Source of the DNA: a virus
Lineage: Duplodnaviria; Caudoviricetes
Reading direction: 5' to 3' (one strand)
IMG/VR virus record: IMGVR_UViG_3300036901_000031
Span: 1 to 56,536 of that record
Length of the DNA stretch: 56,536 nt
Shown here: one piece after another, positions 19,701-30,361 of the stretch
Layout: every line of letters starts with the position of its first letter
Position numbering within the stretch: the first letter of the stretch is position 1
Notes under the pieces: model-generated
The model's input: only the letters and a program-made list of their open reading frames with translations
Told to the model about the DNA's origin: nothing
The model's database searches: none
Translations under genes and position numbers: made by a program

Positions 19701-19884
19701 TTTTGCTCTCTTGATATTGGGGCATCTGGTCACCGTCACAGAACGGGCAAAAGACAATCGTAAGCTTGTGATTTAGCGTCCGCATAGGAAGCGCGACTAG
19801 AGTAATTGGCGGCTTATCTCGCTTTATCCACCTACCCTTGCAACTTGGACACGGTTCTCCTGCTTTAGGAAAATTACTCGTCAT
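19672..19884 (-). CDS. small zinc-finger protein
   Basis: CPSC and CPFC motifs. Confidence 0.5.
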   Translation of the reverse strand: MTSNFPKAGEPCPSCKGRWIKRDKPPITLVALPMRTLNHKLTIVFCPFCDGDQMPQYQESKNDSDVTRRD

Positions 19885-20461
19885 TGAGCGTCTTTCGCGT
19901 TAACGTTTCCATGTTTTGAGCCGCTAAATAGGCCACCTGTAAATTGAGAATAGCCCTCAACTTTTCTTCCTTCTCCAGAGTGATAACGTTGGGGACAATT
20001 ATATCTCCCCGGTGCTCTAGGGAGAGAATGATGAGAGCGTCTGTATCCTCAAGCTCCTTGGCAATCTCTCGAACCTTCTCTAGGTATTCGGAGTTGATCA
20101 CATCCTCTTTAGGAGCCTCTATTTGGGGTTGTTCACCGCCCTTTATGGCAGCAACAATGTTCTGAGTAAAACCGGCGACTAGCTCTTGAATTTTGTCTTC
20201 GTTATTTTTTTCTGTCATCGCTTTCTCCACTATATCAAAGTGTGATTCAAAGGTCCAGACATTATCTAAACCGTTGTATGCCCAATGGTCTTTGTCCCAT
20301 TCGATAAAGACCTGGGGATAGCCAAATTTGGGATCTCTTTGTCGGCCCCTGATCCATCCCTGATTCCCTGCACAAGCCAAACCACCATAAAGGGTTCCGT
20401 CAATTGAATCTTTCAACTTGACCTTTGAATCGATTGGAATTTCGAAGTTCATCTCATCCAT
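19874..20461 (-). CDS. hypothetical protein
   Basis: 195-aa ORF with SD (AAGGAG) upstream. Confidence 0.6.
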   Translation of the reverse strand: MDEMNFEIPIDSKVKLKDSIDGTLYGGLACAGNQGWIRGRQRDPKFGYPQVFIEWDKDHWAYNGLDNVWTFESHFDIVEKAMTEKNNEDKIQELVAGFTQNIVAAIKGGEQPQIEAPKEDVINSEYLEKVREIAKELEDTDALIILSLEHRGDIIVPNVITLEKEEKLRAILNLQVAYLAAQNMETLTRKTLNDE

Positions 20462-20538
20462 AATCAGGCTCCTTTATTGGTTTATAGGGCTAATCTCCCT
20501 CACACTTTTTGAAAGAGATACCGCGTATAAAAGAGGTC

Positions 20539-20724
20539 CTAGAAGTCGAACTCTGGAATATCATCGTCCCCCAAAGCAACGTCCCTCAAGTCGGCCCAAT
20601 CTTCTCCGCATTGGCGTCGTAACTTCCTCTCCTCTACGGCTTGATGATCACTTAGAATCCTTGCAAACCTGCGGTCCATATCCGCAATGAAAGAAGGATC
20701 GAAGTCATCCTCAAATATGCTCAT
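20539..20724 (-). CDS. small acidic hypothetical protein
   Basis: ATGA overlap with the kinase gene. Confidence 0.45.
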   Translation of the reverse strand: MSIFEDDFDPSFIADMDRRFARILSDHQAVEERKLRRQCGEDWADLRDVALGDDDIPEFDF

Positions 20725-21188
20725 TGTGTCTCTCCTATGTAAGTAACGCTATGATAACCCTCCAACGGGATATCCGCCAGAGCCTTCTCGTACTTTGCGA
20801 TCATCCTAACCATTACGCTGCCAGGAACCGGCTGTATTCTCGCCGCGTTCCTAGTAACAGCCTGAGCAAGATTTGTAAAGACCACAAGATGCTTCTCGGC
20901 ATCATTCTTCTCGGCCACATTTCGAAGCTGCTTCCTAGCATCAGAATCGAGAGCCGTTGAGTCAGCTACAGCGATTCCGTCTTCCCTGTTGCGAAGAAAC
21001 ATCCCCAACAAAGTATGGAAGATATCAAACACCTCGTCATTGAGGGTCTGATCATGCTGGTTGCCCGAGAGCGACTTACGAATGGCGTCGGTAGATACTT
21101 GAGCCTCCGGATACCAGAGGTTTGCCCAAGTGCTCTTGCCACACCCCGGCAGGCCAACCAGTATGATTAGCTTACGATCTGCGTGCAT
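20721..21188 (-). CDS. polynucleotide kinase-like P-loop protein (AAA_33)
   Basis: GLPGCGKST, STDAIR, ADST...R, RNAAR. Confidence 0.85.
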   Translation of the reverse strand: MHADRKLIILVGLPGCGKSTWANLWYPEAQVSTDAIRKSLSGNQHDQTLNDEVFDIFHTLLGMFLRNREDGIAVADSTALDSDARKQLRNVAEKNDAEKHLVVFTNLAQAVTRNAARIQPVPGSVMVRMIAKYEKALADIPLEGYHSVTYIGETQ

Positions 21189-21205
21189 AGCTATAGTCTA
21201 GCAGA

Positions 21206-21526
21206 TTACTTCCGGATGTATTCGCCAATTGAGTCTCGAAGGCGATATAGGATCTCAATATCCGGCGATTCTGAAGCGGATGCGCCCATTCGCTTTGCGC
21301 GAGCACTACGAGAATCGTTCCTCATCTCCTGAATCTCAGGGATCAAGCCGTTGATCTCAGCATACCAATTCTCAAGGTCGGCAGCAGCTACGGGAGTGCC
21401 GTGCGTTTTGGGATCAATCGCGGCCCTACGTAGGTCGTTTCCAATTTGTGTCAACCTATCTCGAAGCCGATCGTTATCGAAAGAACTGTTAGGGGGAAAG
21501 GTGCTCATCCTTCCCCCCCATACCAA
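21206..21526 (-). CDS. hypothetical protein
   Basis: ORF in operon. Confidence 0.45.
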   Translation of the reverse strand: MVWGGRMSTFPPNSSFDNDRLRDRLTQIGNDLRRAAIDPKTHGTPVAAADLENWYAEINGLIPEIQEMRNDSRSARAKRMGASASESPDIEILYRLRDSIGEYIRK

Positions 21527-21574
21527 TCAACCCCTTGGGGATCTCCCCGGCTATCGATGATCGTAATTGTCTCG

Positions 21575-21796
21575 TCAGCCATCCTTGTTTTCCTCTTCTA
21601 CTAGATATCCAGAAATGTGACCCAATCCTCGATTAATATTCACGAGAAGCCGTGTATCCCGCGATTCATCTTTACATTCTCTAGCCGCCTGATGTACCTG
21701 ATCGGCAGTTATATAAATTCGACACCAATCTAGGGCGTTATACACCTCTTCAAGGTGCTGTCTTAAAACTACTATTCTGTCAAGTGGATCGGCCAT
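21575..21796 (-). CDS. hypothetical protein
   Basis: Likely start MADPLD overlapping the upstream stop. Confidence 0.45.
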   Translation of the reverse strand: MADPLDRIVVLRQHLEEVYNALDWCRIYITADQVHQAARECKDESRDTRLLVNINRGLGHISGYLVEEENKDG

Positions 21797-22545
21797 TAGA
21801 GACTCCCCTCGATATAAGGTGGCTCCAAAAGTAAACCCTTCTTGACCAACCAATCTGCAAGTCCTCTCCAAGTTGGAGCAAGAAAGATGTTCTTGACATC
21901 CGTGAGTGCCCGATTATATTCATACATCAAGGCTAGTCCCCATCGTCGTTCGCCATGCCAATCGGGATCATACACAAACTCAATCAGTGTACGGGGCCGA
22001 TCATCAATGATGTACTGACACTCTCTAAGGAACGGCACCTTAGAATCCATCTGACAGTGGACCTGTACGCCGTCATGAATAGGAAATCCGCTCTTTTCCA
22101 ACCATTCACGAGTAGCTACGGCGGCTTCAGGATCACGGTTGGACACATAGACCAAAGGATATCCCTCACTATGAAGAGCTTGAAGTGTTTCAACCGATCC
22201 GGCGAATGGCGTTTGTTGAAGGATGACTTCTGGCTGATGGCATATAGCAATGACATCCATCCAGACATCGATACCGCAAACATCAGCCGGGGACCGCCAC
22301 TCTACCCAAGAATGATATGCGCCCTTTTTTAATTCCTTATTGCCCGTTTCTTGGGCCAATTGTAAATAGGCATTACGAGCAGCAGATTCGAAATCGTAGA
22401 GAATCGAGTCCACATCGATAGCGAATTGTGGACGGTCCTTTACAACCGAAAGATGTCGCGCCTTAGGCAAGGAGTTGTTGGAGGGATCGCTTAAGGGTCC
22501 CGCGAAGATCCCTAATTGTTCCGTCGTTGCTAATGACATAATCAA
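21796..22545 (-). CDS. HAD-family 5'(3')-deoxyribonucleotidase-like
   Basis: IDVDSIL (DxD), VSNR, IIDDRP motifs. Confidence 0.75.
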   Translation of the reverse strand: MIMSLATTEQLGIFAGPLSDPSNNSLPKARHLSVVKDRPQFAIDVDSILYDFESAARNAYLQLAQETGNKELKKGAYHSWVEWRSPADVCGIDVWMDVIAICHQPEVILQQTPFAGSVETLQALHSEGYPLVYVSNRDPEAAVATREWLEKSGFPIHDGVQVHCQMDSKVPFLRECQYIIDDRPRTLIEFVYDPDWHGERRWGLALMYEYNRALTDVKNIFLAPTWRGLADWLVKKGLLLEPPYIEGSL

Positions 22546-23098
22546 CTAACTCCCTTGGTAGTGGTTTTTCTGATACATGTGTATCATCGTGTTCTATTCC
22601 GGGCCTTTGAATCTCCCAAACTCGACCTCCAGCATATCTTATCGCTTCTGCCTCATTGGGGAAGCGACAATCGGTTATGACAAGAATCGGGTTCAAGCCC
22701 TGAATTCCTAATTCGGCAAGATCCTTGCGGCCGTAATAGTGGTCTGTATGAGGATCGGGAATTACCGCATCGATCCAAAAATCGTTATTGAAGACGTCTC
22801 GATGAGCCTCAGTTCCATAGAACTGAAGATACTCGCGGCCCGTTATTTCCGTATACTGGTCCCCTACGGTTATCCCGATTGATCCATGTTCCTTCAACAC
22901 ATTCGCAAAAGCAATTGCGGACATTTCATCCGGAAAATACGAACCACATATAGCCCGAATTGCACTGATCTTTAGCCGATCAGCAAAGGCATCTCGAACG
23001 GCTACAAAGGGATACTTACCTTCTGTCAAGATGTCGCGTATCTGTTGATAAGACGTATCCTTGCCGCTTTGAGCAAGTCCACTTAAACCGATAATCAT
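22463..23098 (-). CDS. deoxynucleoside monophosphate kinase
   Basis: IIGLSGLAQSGKDT, FADRLK, REYLQFYGTE, ITDCRFPNE, HVSE. Confidence 0.9.
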   Translation of the reverse strand: MIIGLSGLAQSGKDTSYQQIRDILTEGKYPFVAVRDAFADRLKISAIRAICGSYFPDEMSAIAFANVLKEHGSIGITVGDQYTEITGREYLQFYGTEAHRDVFNNDFWIDAVIPDPHTDHYYGRKDLAELGIQGLNPILVITDCRFPNEAEAIRYAGGRVWEIQRPGIEHDDTHVSEKPLPRELVDYVISNDGTIRDLRGTLKRSLQQLLA

Positions 23099-23276
23099 AC
23101 TTCCTCCTCAAGGGGAACGACCAGACGTGTTACTTCGCGCCCGGATTTTGCAATTCTAGTTACTTCTTCAAACCCACAAGATTTGCGAGCCGGATGTTTG
23201 TGCCCACAATAACGGCACCACTTGACTGGTCCCCACTTTGGAAACAACGATCTATTATCAAATAGGTCAAAAATTT

Positions 23277-23648
23277 TCATACTGATCCTATCGTAACGAG
23301 TGCGGGATTTCCAACAGCGTCAGCATCAAGAATTCCTCGAACTACGCTATGCGCACATCCCCACTGGAAGCCGGTAATACCACCAAGCCAATCGCCAAGA
23401 CCAGGAAAACGCTCGTTCGCAGCATCCCAAAGCTTTCGATTATCAGCAGCCTCAAAACTATCTAAACCCGTTGTATCGAGCAATTCTGGACGTTCTTCTG
23501 CGACTACCAACAACGCTTGTGCAAGCGCATCAACTGCCCCATCATAATCAGAAATTTTACCAACTCCCGGCAATGGTGCCTTAGCCAATCGCTCGCGCCA
23601 ACCAATCTTATTCACGGCACTCATTTGTGTAAAACCGTCTTGTTTCAT
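23277..23648 (-). CDS. hypothetical protein
   Basis: Likely start MKQDGF overlapping the upstream stop. Confidence 0.5.
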   Translation of the reverse strand: MKQDGFTQMSAVNKIGWRERLAKAPLPGVGKISDYDGAVDALAQALLVVAEERPELLDTTGLDSFEAADNRKLWDAANERFPGLGDWLGGITGFQWGCAHSVVRGILDADAVGNPALVTIGSV

Positions 23649-23956
23649 TAGAATACCCTCGCAGCCATTCGCAGATCTCGCTCTTCCTGAAGAATCGGCT
23701 CGACCGTTTCTTTCAATTCTAACACCTTTGCCATCTGAAATGCCAGCGCCTCTTCTTCTGACCAAGAGGCCGGAATAGCATATCGCTGAGATAGGGACAT
23801 GCTATAGCCCGAACTTTCCTTGCCATAATCCTCGATGGCTACCTTGCCATCGCCGCCATAATGAACGTTCACTTCAATTATCTGCGGTTGCGGTTGCGAC
23901 GGAGAATGCTCACGAGGTTGTCCGTAAACCGAGTCGATTTCATTATTCTCAGACAT
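23648..23956 (-). CDS. hypothetical protein
   Basis: ORF in operon. Confidence 0.55.
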   Translation of the reverse strand: MSENNEIDSVYGQPREHSPSQPQPQIIEVNVHYGGDGKVAIEDYGKESSGYSMSLSQRYAIPASWSEEEALAFQMAKVLELKETVEPILQEERDLRMAARVF

Positions 23957-24157
23957 TTACACCTTCTCTACAGTTGAATATAACGGTATCTCGCCATTCC
24001 TTCAAAAGATCAGGAGGAATCGGGAGATTCTCCCGATGGCACACTTTAATTACCTCAGCCTTTGCTCTTTGCTGAGCCAAAGTGTTTTCTTTTACTTCGT
24101 TCCAATAATCTTGATCTTCGATCTCTTCTTTGTATCCACAAACAGGACAGTCATCTT

Positions 24158-24388
24158 CTAAATGTTGTGCCATGTTGTCTTGATATCTTTCTTGTCTCGT
24201 GCCTGAGCACTTACCGAGATGATTTCCCATAAGCGCTCGGGATCTATTGAATCCTTTAACGTAATACTATTCTTGGGCTTGAGGCCCGGAACATCTTCAA
24301 CATAGGTTGTAAGAAATATTGTACCATGCTCCGATGGGGCCGTCAACTGCACCTGTCTCATTTTAACTGACTTAGCCATCGACCGCAA
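24158..24388 (-). CDS. hypothetical protein
   Basis: ORF in operon. Confidence 0.45.
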   Translation of the reverse strand: MRSMAKSVKMRQVQLTAPSEHGTIFLTTYVEDVPGLKPKNSITLKDSIDPERLWEIISVSAQARDKKDIKTTWHNI

Positions 24389-24683
24389 ATCCTATATCAG
24401 AAAGCTTGATTTCTCCAGCCCTATCTAGTTCAACGAAATCGGTAAATCCTTGACTATTCCATACTTCGTCGGTAACACCAGCCCGTGTTCCCGTTTCTAA
24501 CTTCCATAGGCATTTCCCAATAGGTTGAAAGAAAATGACATCCGCCGAATAATCGCTCTCTTTTGTCGTATCAATACCACGCAGGGCTTTCTTAGACAAA
24601 AGTAGTTGAATGATTACTTTGTCGTCATCGTCTACAAAATCCACACCCAAATCCTTAGCCTCATTGCGATCAATATACTTCAT
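24372..24683 (-). CDS. hypothetical protein
   Basis: ORF in operon. Confidence 0.5.
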   Translation of the reverse strand: MKYIDRNEAKDLGVDFVDDDDKVIIQLLLSKKALRGIDTTKESDYSADVIFFQPIGKCLWKLETGTRAGVTDEVWNSQGFTDFVELDRAGEIKLSDIGFAVDG

Positions 24684-24831
24684 GTTTACACCTTACAAAG
24701 GCCGCAGTCGCAACTCAACGAGTGGCCTCCACATGGACCCGGAACAATACGACGCCAACGACCACGCACAAAATTCCAACGCAATATCTCAACATAATGA
24801 TCTGGAGTATATAGCTTGTTCAATAACTTAA

Positions 24832-25023
24832 TCATGTTATCGCAATCGAAATTAGTAGTTTATTTGCAAGGGCCACATTGAAGACAGAATCCTCAATTTC
24901 CTTCCTTACCGCAGAAGGAATGTTCTGCCCCTGTGGATCATATACTGTAACCGAAATGGCATTCTTATGCCAACGGTATGTTGTCTGCTGTGGTTTACGT
25001 CGCTTCTTTTTGGGTTCAGCCAT
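24832..25023 (-). CDS. small hypothetical protein
   Basis: GGAG SD upstream; basic N-terminus. Confidence 0.55.
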   Translation of the reverse strand: MAEPKKKRRKPQQTTYRWHKNAISVTVYDPQGQNIPSAVRKEIEDSVFNVALANKLLISIAIT

Positions 25024-25037
25024 TACTCCTCCCCTCT

Positions 25038-26366
25038 TTACTGATAGATTTCGTCACGCCACAAGAGCGCACCATTTACATACGTCGCATGATCGATACG
25101 GAAGTACCCGTTGGGATGGGTTGTAACGGTGCAAAACCCGTTTACCCAGTCGGGAGCTACAGTATAGTTCGGCCACTTTCTTCCCTCAATGGGTGTCTGA
25201 TTGATTCTACACATACAACCGGCTTCTGCTGCCGTCAAGGTTGACGGCTCCCCATCGATATCGTGCTTAGTGTGATAAACAAGCGACTGTCGATGGCTGT
25301 GACCGATGATAACAGAGTAACCCAAATGCTCCAAAGTTGCCAGGGCAGAGTTTCCCGATCCTTGTCGGGCAATCCAACCGTGGCGCACAGCCAACTTAGG
25401 AGTCAAGTTAATCTGGGCCAAATCATATGGTCCCTCGGGGTCAACATAATTGATGCCCAACTCATCGAGACGAACCAAATAAGGGAAGATCAAAACTTTC
25501 TCGTCTTGTGTCTCTTCTGTATCAGCCCTCTTTATGTCGTAAAGCTGGGGAGCCTTGTCGATAAGAATATCTCGCAAACGTTGCTGATCGTGATTTCCAG
25601 CTAGTAGATCGATTTCGGCGTGTAGAGCAGAAGTGCGGATATCTCGAAGAAGATCATATCCGCTTTGCGTACATTCGTTCACGGTGGCAACATTCTCCGG
25701 ATCTAAACGGTGGCGAGAAATGTTCGGGTAGTCAACTGTATCCCCCAAGATCACAATTCGATCAGGATCGTTTTCCTCTAAGAAGCTACAGAATAGACCA
25801 TGAAGCTTCTTATCGTGGAATGGGGCCTGATGATCTCCCGCAACAACGATAAGCTGACTTCCATATGCGGGTTCTACACGGGGCGGTGCAACCCAGCCAT
25901 CACTACGAGCCGGGAGAATTTCCAACTCAGGCCGTTTACGTCTAAGGTTTAGCTTCGCCTGGTGATATGTGATTACCGATCCGCCAGCTTGTGGGCCATC
26001 CCACTCGTTAACAGTTGCACCAAGGATTGACCATTCCTCGGGATTCAATCCACGCTCACGTAGCATCGAGTCAGGATCATCTAGATGGGGATATGGTTTA
26101 GAACTAGCTGGGGTTTGTGGTCCTACTATTTCCGCCTCATCACCCTTAATTGTTACTCCACCAGAATTCTGAGTTGGAATACTCAAACGGTGTCGCTCGC
26201 GGAATCTCCCGATAGAGCGCTCTGAAGTTACCTGGAAGAAACGTGTAGCAATTGTCCCAACTATACTAGAATTGGTTTCTCCTTTACCTACTTCCTCGAT
26301 AATAAAGCTTCTATATGGTTCTTCGTCCAGCCAACTACTTTGTTGCGTCGCCTTCTGTTGACTCAT
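25038..26366 (-). CDS. calcineurin-like metallophosphoesterase
   Basis: GDHQ, LGDTVD, GNHD, RHG, GHSHR motifs. Confidence 0.88.
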   Translation of the reverse strand: MSQQKATQQSSWLDEEPYRSFIIEEVGKGETNSSIVGTIATRFFQVTSERSIGRFRERHRLSIPTQNSGGVTIKGDEAEIVGPQTPASSKPYPHLDDPDSMLRERGLNPEEWSILGATVNEWDGPQAGGSVITYHQAKLNLRRKRPELEILPARSDGWVAPPRVEPAYGSQLIVVAGDHQAPFHDKKLHGLFCSFLEENDPDRIVILGDTVDYPNISRHRLDPENVATVNECTQSGYDLLRDIRTSALHAEIDLLAGNHDQQRLRDILIDKAPQLYDIKRADTEETQDEKVLIFPYLVRLDELGINYVDPEGPYDLAQINLTPKLAVRHGWIARQGSGNSALATLEHLGYSVIIGHSHRQSLVYHTKHDIDGEPSTLTAAEAGCMCRINQTPIEGRKWPNYTVAPDWVNGFCTVTTHPNGYFRIDHATYVNGALLWRDEIYQ

Positions 26367-28782
26367 CCGTATCTTCAGACTCCTCGATTTGTGCTAATGG
26401 GTCAATAATGGAATACTTCTTCTCTGCTTCAAAAGAGACTTTCCGTTTAGTCGGCGTCTCTAGAATACTTTGCTCTGCTGTTTGTATCTTACCATGAATC
26501 TTCCAACTTACACTACTGTCTCTGAGTTCCTGATTATCCTTTAATTCAAACTCTTCATCTACTATATCAGACTCGTTAGGCGTGTCAACCTTATTTGCAT
26601 CTAGTGCAAGATATTCCTTAGCTAGTCTAGCACGCTCATGGTAAGCTGACTTTAACATCTCTACGTTGCCTACTGATGAACCATATTCGAGTCCCGGACG
26701 ACGTTCATTTGAAACCTCAGGAACGTTACCTGGAGGACCACCCTGGATAGGACTGGTTGGTGGTGGGCCACCTCCTGGGGGAGCCGTACCAGGACCCGAT
26801 CCTAGATCTGCTGGTGGAGGCGGCATTACAACCGGAGCACCAGGAGGACCACCGGCACCTGGGCCTCCCGCACCAGGAGCGGGAAGAGCAGCAGAACCAG
26901 CGCCCTGGACTAGGACAGATTCGACCTCTGCCTTTAGGTCGGCAGGAACAGGAAGGCCCTGAATCGTAAGGGCGATGTAAGTGTCCATCTTTGCTCGCTG
27001 CTGGGAGATTGTCTTCTTCTCAAGCTCGCGGTTGAACTCGCCATCGATATCCTTGATGTCCCACTCAATACCAACCATGAGACGGCTATCTGGAATCGGC
27101 ACACCGATCTGTCGAAGCTCCATGAGATACTGACGTTCAGTAGCCTCATCTCGAAGGTCGAAGGTCTGGAAGTTCAATTCTGGGACAGTGTACTTAGGAA
27201 CCTCTTTGAGAGTCTTGTTGCCTTCCTCATCGTATATGACAACCGTTTCGTAGAGCGGAATTCGGGTCTGTCCCTTTCGCTCATAATCTTGGTGGCCCTG
27301 TGCTTCAGCAACAACCAAGGCTCGTTCTCGATAGTGCTTCTTGAGTTGCTTCTGGAAGGTACGGAGAACCTGATTCATGAATTCGGCTTGAAGAGCCGAA
27401 CTAGCATATGGCTGTGAGTTTGAGCCTGCCGATAGGAGTGATGGGTTAACGCCGAATACCTGCATCAGTCGGCGTTCTACTCGATCAAAGTCATCGCCCA
27501 ATCGAGGCATCTGCTCTCGACCAAAGACAGACGATAACTCAAGTCCAAAGTGGTGGACCATAACGCGGAAGTCAGATGCCATAGCGATATCAAGATCATC
27601 TCGGACAGCTTCAAGTTCCTCTGGTGTAGGGAGAAATGGAGGAAGACCATCGCCCATGTCCATGATTCCCAACTTAGCTAAGATGAGCGGCGAGTAAAGG
27701 CGCTCTGCAATAGCATCCTGGGATGCCAAAAGCTTCTCTTCATGGAGGAGAGTACGAAGACCACGAAGGAGAATTGGCGTACCGTGATCATCCCAATCAT
27801 TAAGCTTGTTTGCTACCTGTCGAAGCATGACCGGCGAAATTGGAATGTGCTCGCCCTTAAGGAGGTACGGAATTAGCTCCTTGTAGTTCTCCTGGAGCAT
27901 GTACCACTCACGAGCAGGCTGCTTAGTCTGCACAATGCGACGGAGATAATCGGGCGGCACGATCTTAAGTTGCTGCGAATCAAGAAGGGGGAAGTTGTCG
28001 ATAACGATGTCTTCCGGATTGATTAGCTCTTCATGTGTCCAAACACCAAGATCCTCATCGAACTGACCGAGAGGGAATGCCTCTCCTACCGTCCATACCT
28101 CTCGCCCCATCGAAACAAAGAACTCGTCATACTCAAGGCTTCCCAAAAAGATGTCCTCATAGATGGACTTGAGGCCAGCATCCTTGTGCTCCAACTCCAT
28201 CCCAATTAGAGGGAATCGAGTAAAGATGTCAATAAGGCTCGGAACCAAATAGTGAGTCGCGTAGTAAAGGCGGAGCCACTTGTGAAGCTTATGGCGGTGT
28301 CCTTCATCTGCGATGTTCCATGGGAGTCCGGAGAGATCCCAGTATTCGAGCGGGTCATAGAAACGAGGAATGGCGTTATAAACGTCTCCTCCCATTCCGC
28401 TACTGCCATAACCGGTTCCAATCGAACCAAAGTGTTGACCAGCTAGAGAGGGATAATTCTGATCGTGAATAGCCTGTCGTTTAGCTTCAAAGGAACCTCG
28501 TCTGTTACCTAATCCTCGCTTATCAGCCATAGCGCTCATAAGCGCAGCATTCTCCTGACGAATTCTCCCTACTTCGGTAGAATCGTAATTAGCCTGAGTA
28601 ATCGGGCGACCTAAACGGACACTGAGGTTACGAAGATCAGCTTCAGCCGCTCTATTGAGTTGATAGTCGGTACTGACCATCTCACCAACTGCGTTTATTG
28701 CTCTTCCTGTATGTCGAGGCAGGACTAAACCGCGATTTCGTAACCCTGCTAATTCGGCATTGAGTTTATCTGTGTCTGCCAT
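26335..28782 (-). CDS. portal protein
   Basis: LIDIFTRFPL, GEAFPLG, LINPEDI, GTPILLR, ERLYSPLILAKLG; Pro/Gly-rich C-terminus; near terminase. Confidence 0.75.
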   Translation of the reverse strand: MADTDKLNAELAGLRNRGLVLPRHTGRAINAVGEMVSTDYQLNRAAEADLRNLSVRLGRPITQANYDSTEVGRIRQENAALMSAMADKRGLGNRRGSFEAKRQAIHDQNYPSLAGQHFGSIGTGYGSSGMGGDVYNAIPRFYDPLEYWDLSGLPWNIADEGHRHKLHKWLRLYYATHYLVPSLIDIFTRFPLIGMELEHKDAGLKSIYEDIFLGSLEYDEFFVSMGREVWTVGEAFPLGQFDEDLGVWTHEELINPEDIVIDNFPLLDSQQLKIVPPDYLRRIVQTKQPAREWYMLQENYKELIPYLLKGEHIPISPVMLRQVANKLNDWDDHGTPILLRGLRTLLHEEKLLASQDAIAERLYSPLILAKLGIMDMGDGLPPFLPTPEELEAVRDDLDIAMASDFRVMVHHFGLELSSVFGREQMPRLGDDFDRVERRLMQVFGVNPSLLSAGSNSQPYASSALQAEFMNQVLRTFQKQLKKHYRERALVVAEAQGHQDYERKGQTRIPLYETVVIYDEEGNKTLKEVPKYTVPELNFQTFDLRDEATERQYLMELRQIGVPIPDSRLMVGIEWDIKDIDGEFNRELEKKTISQQRAKMDTYIALTIQGLPVPADLKAEVESVLVQGAGSAALPAPGAGGPGAGGPPGAPVVMPPPPADLGSGPGTAPPGGGPPPTSPIQGGPPGNVPEVSNERRPGLEYGSSVGNVEMLKSAYHERARLAKEYLALDANKVDTPNESDIVDEEFELKDNQELRDSSVSWKIHGKIQTAEQSILETPTKRKVSFEAEKKYSIIDPLAQIEESEDTDESTEGDATK

Positions 28783-28826
28783 CTTACTTTAACCTCTTGT
28801 TTTACCCTGATTTTCGGGTTACTTGA

Positions 28827-30353
28827 CTATTCTGATGCTTTTGTTACTGGATCCGTCTGATCACCCTTAGGAAACGTTTTTGTGTGCGGTCCCTTGGATT
28901 CCCCGCCATCAGCAAAACCAGAATCATCTAGTCCTTTAGCTGTCGGCAATGTTTCGTGCTTGATGTCCCCAATTTCCTCTAGAGCGTCTTCATTTTGAGG
29001 GATAATCGGCTCAAGAATATCCTTTTCTTTTGTGTCATCAAACTTAATTTTCTCTAGATTCTTTGGCGTCCATAGGCGCTTATCAATCTTTGGCTCAGGT
29101 CCGCCTAGACCAGTATTATTCTGGCTATCGGCTACCTTGTCGAGAGTAGATTCTCCCCAATCAGCAACCTTTCCTTTACCGTGACAACGAGAGCACTTTG
29201 AATTCTTGCCTCCACAAAGAGGACAACTTACTTCCTTCCCCTCATCGGGGTCTTTATCTTCCGCTGGATTAAACTCTTTTGGGGCTGCCGTTCGGCTATC
29301 CGGGGTATTATCCCCTGACTCCAAGATCGGTCGAATATCTCGTGGAGTCCAACTAGCGGTAAGACCACCGGCCATTAGTCCTTGAATCTGTCCCAATAGT
29401 CCTTGAAGCTGCTGTGTTCGCTGATGATTCGTTCCTCCACTAGCCTGTCCAGCTTGCTGAAGAGTCATAATGGCATTCTGAATAGCCTCTGGATTAGCCT
29501 GAGGAGTAGGCGGCGCATCAGTAGGAACGCCACCCTGAGAATTAGGGTCCATGGGAGCTTGAGAATTTGGATCTAGAGAAGCCGGATCGGTAGGACCGGC
29601 TACGAATTGCACGCCATTTGACACATCGGCTGTTCGTGTGCTAGCAGCAACAGCCAAAGGAGCCTCTGTGAGGCCCGCAGAATCACCAGAAAGGTCATCC
29701 GATCCGGAATCAGGGGATTCTGCCGCTGGTGATGGGAAATCAATTACGTTGTCTGGGAGAGCGTCAGTTGTTTCGTTAACTTGCTCGACATTTTGATCTG
29801 GCACATCAAGGACCAAAGGAGCTTCCTGAGTCGGCTGCTGCTCCTTCTTCTCTTCTCGTGCTTTAGCACGATCATCCCAATAGGACTGAGTTACCATTTC
29901 CTTCTTGAAGTTACACTTGCCTTCCCAAGCACCCTGACAATGATTGTCCGACCAAGCGTGCTGAGACATTGCGTTAAATCCTGCTTCTGGATTTCCAGAA
30001 GCTAGAGAAATATCTGTAACCTCAGAATGATATGGGCACATCTTCACTCGTGACTCACGTACAAATTCTGGCTGAGATCGTGCGACGGGTCGATAATGAT
30101 CTCGAAGGGTCTGAGCAATATTAGCCGGGGACTTATGACCAACCTCATCACAAGCGACTAGAACAACTCCGTTGAAATCGTCCTCAACATACGAAAATCG
30201 AGCATCGTATTCCTCTGGTGTTGCGGCCTGCTTGAGAAAGCTTCCGAACATAGCGTCTGTACGAGCTTCAGCAACCAATAGAGCTTGGCGTGCTGCCAAG
30301 CGTGGATTTTCATCTTCTGCTGCTATGACTTCAAATAAACCTGTTTCAGTCAT
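28827..30353 (-). CDS. head-associated (scaffold/internal) protein
   Basis: Between terminase and portal; acidic low-complexity linkers, small Zn-finger, repeated [KR]xA motifs. Confidence 0.5.
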   Translation of the reverse strand: MTETGLFEVIAAEDENPRLAARQALLVAEARTDAMFGSFLKQAATPEEYDARFSYVEDDFNGVVLVACDEVGHKSPANIAQTLRDHYRPVARSQPEFVRESRVKMCPYHSEVTDISLASGNPEAGFNAMSQHAWSDNHCQGAWEGKCNFKKEMVTQSYWDDRAKAREEKKEQQPTQEAPLVLDVPDQNVEQVNETTDALPDNVIDFPSPAAESPDSGSDDLSGDSAGLTEAPLAVAASTRTADVSNGVQFVAGPTDPASLDPNSQAPMDPNSQGGVPTDAPPTPQANPEAIQNAIMTLQQAGQASGGTNHQRTQQLQGLLGQIQGLMAGGLTASWTPRDIRPILESGDNTPDSRTAAPKEFNPAEDKDPDEGKEVSCPLCGGKNSKCSRCHGKGKVADWGESTLDKVADSQNNTGLGGPEPKIDKRLWTPKNLEKIKFDDTKEKDILEPIIPQNEDALEEIGDIKHETLPTAKGLDDSGFADGGESKGPHTKTFPKGDQTDPVTKASE

Positions 30354-30361
30354 ATCTTTCC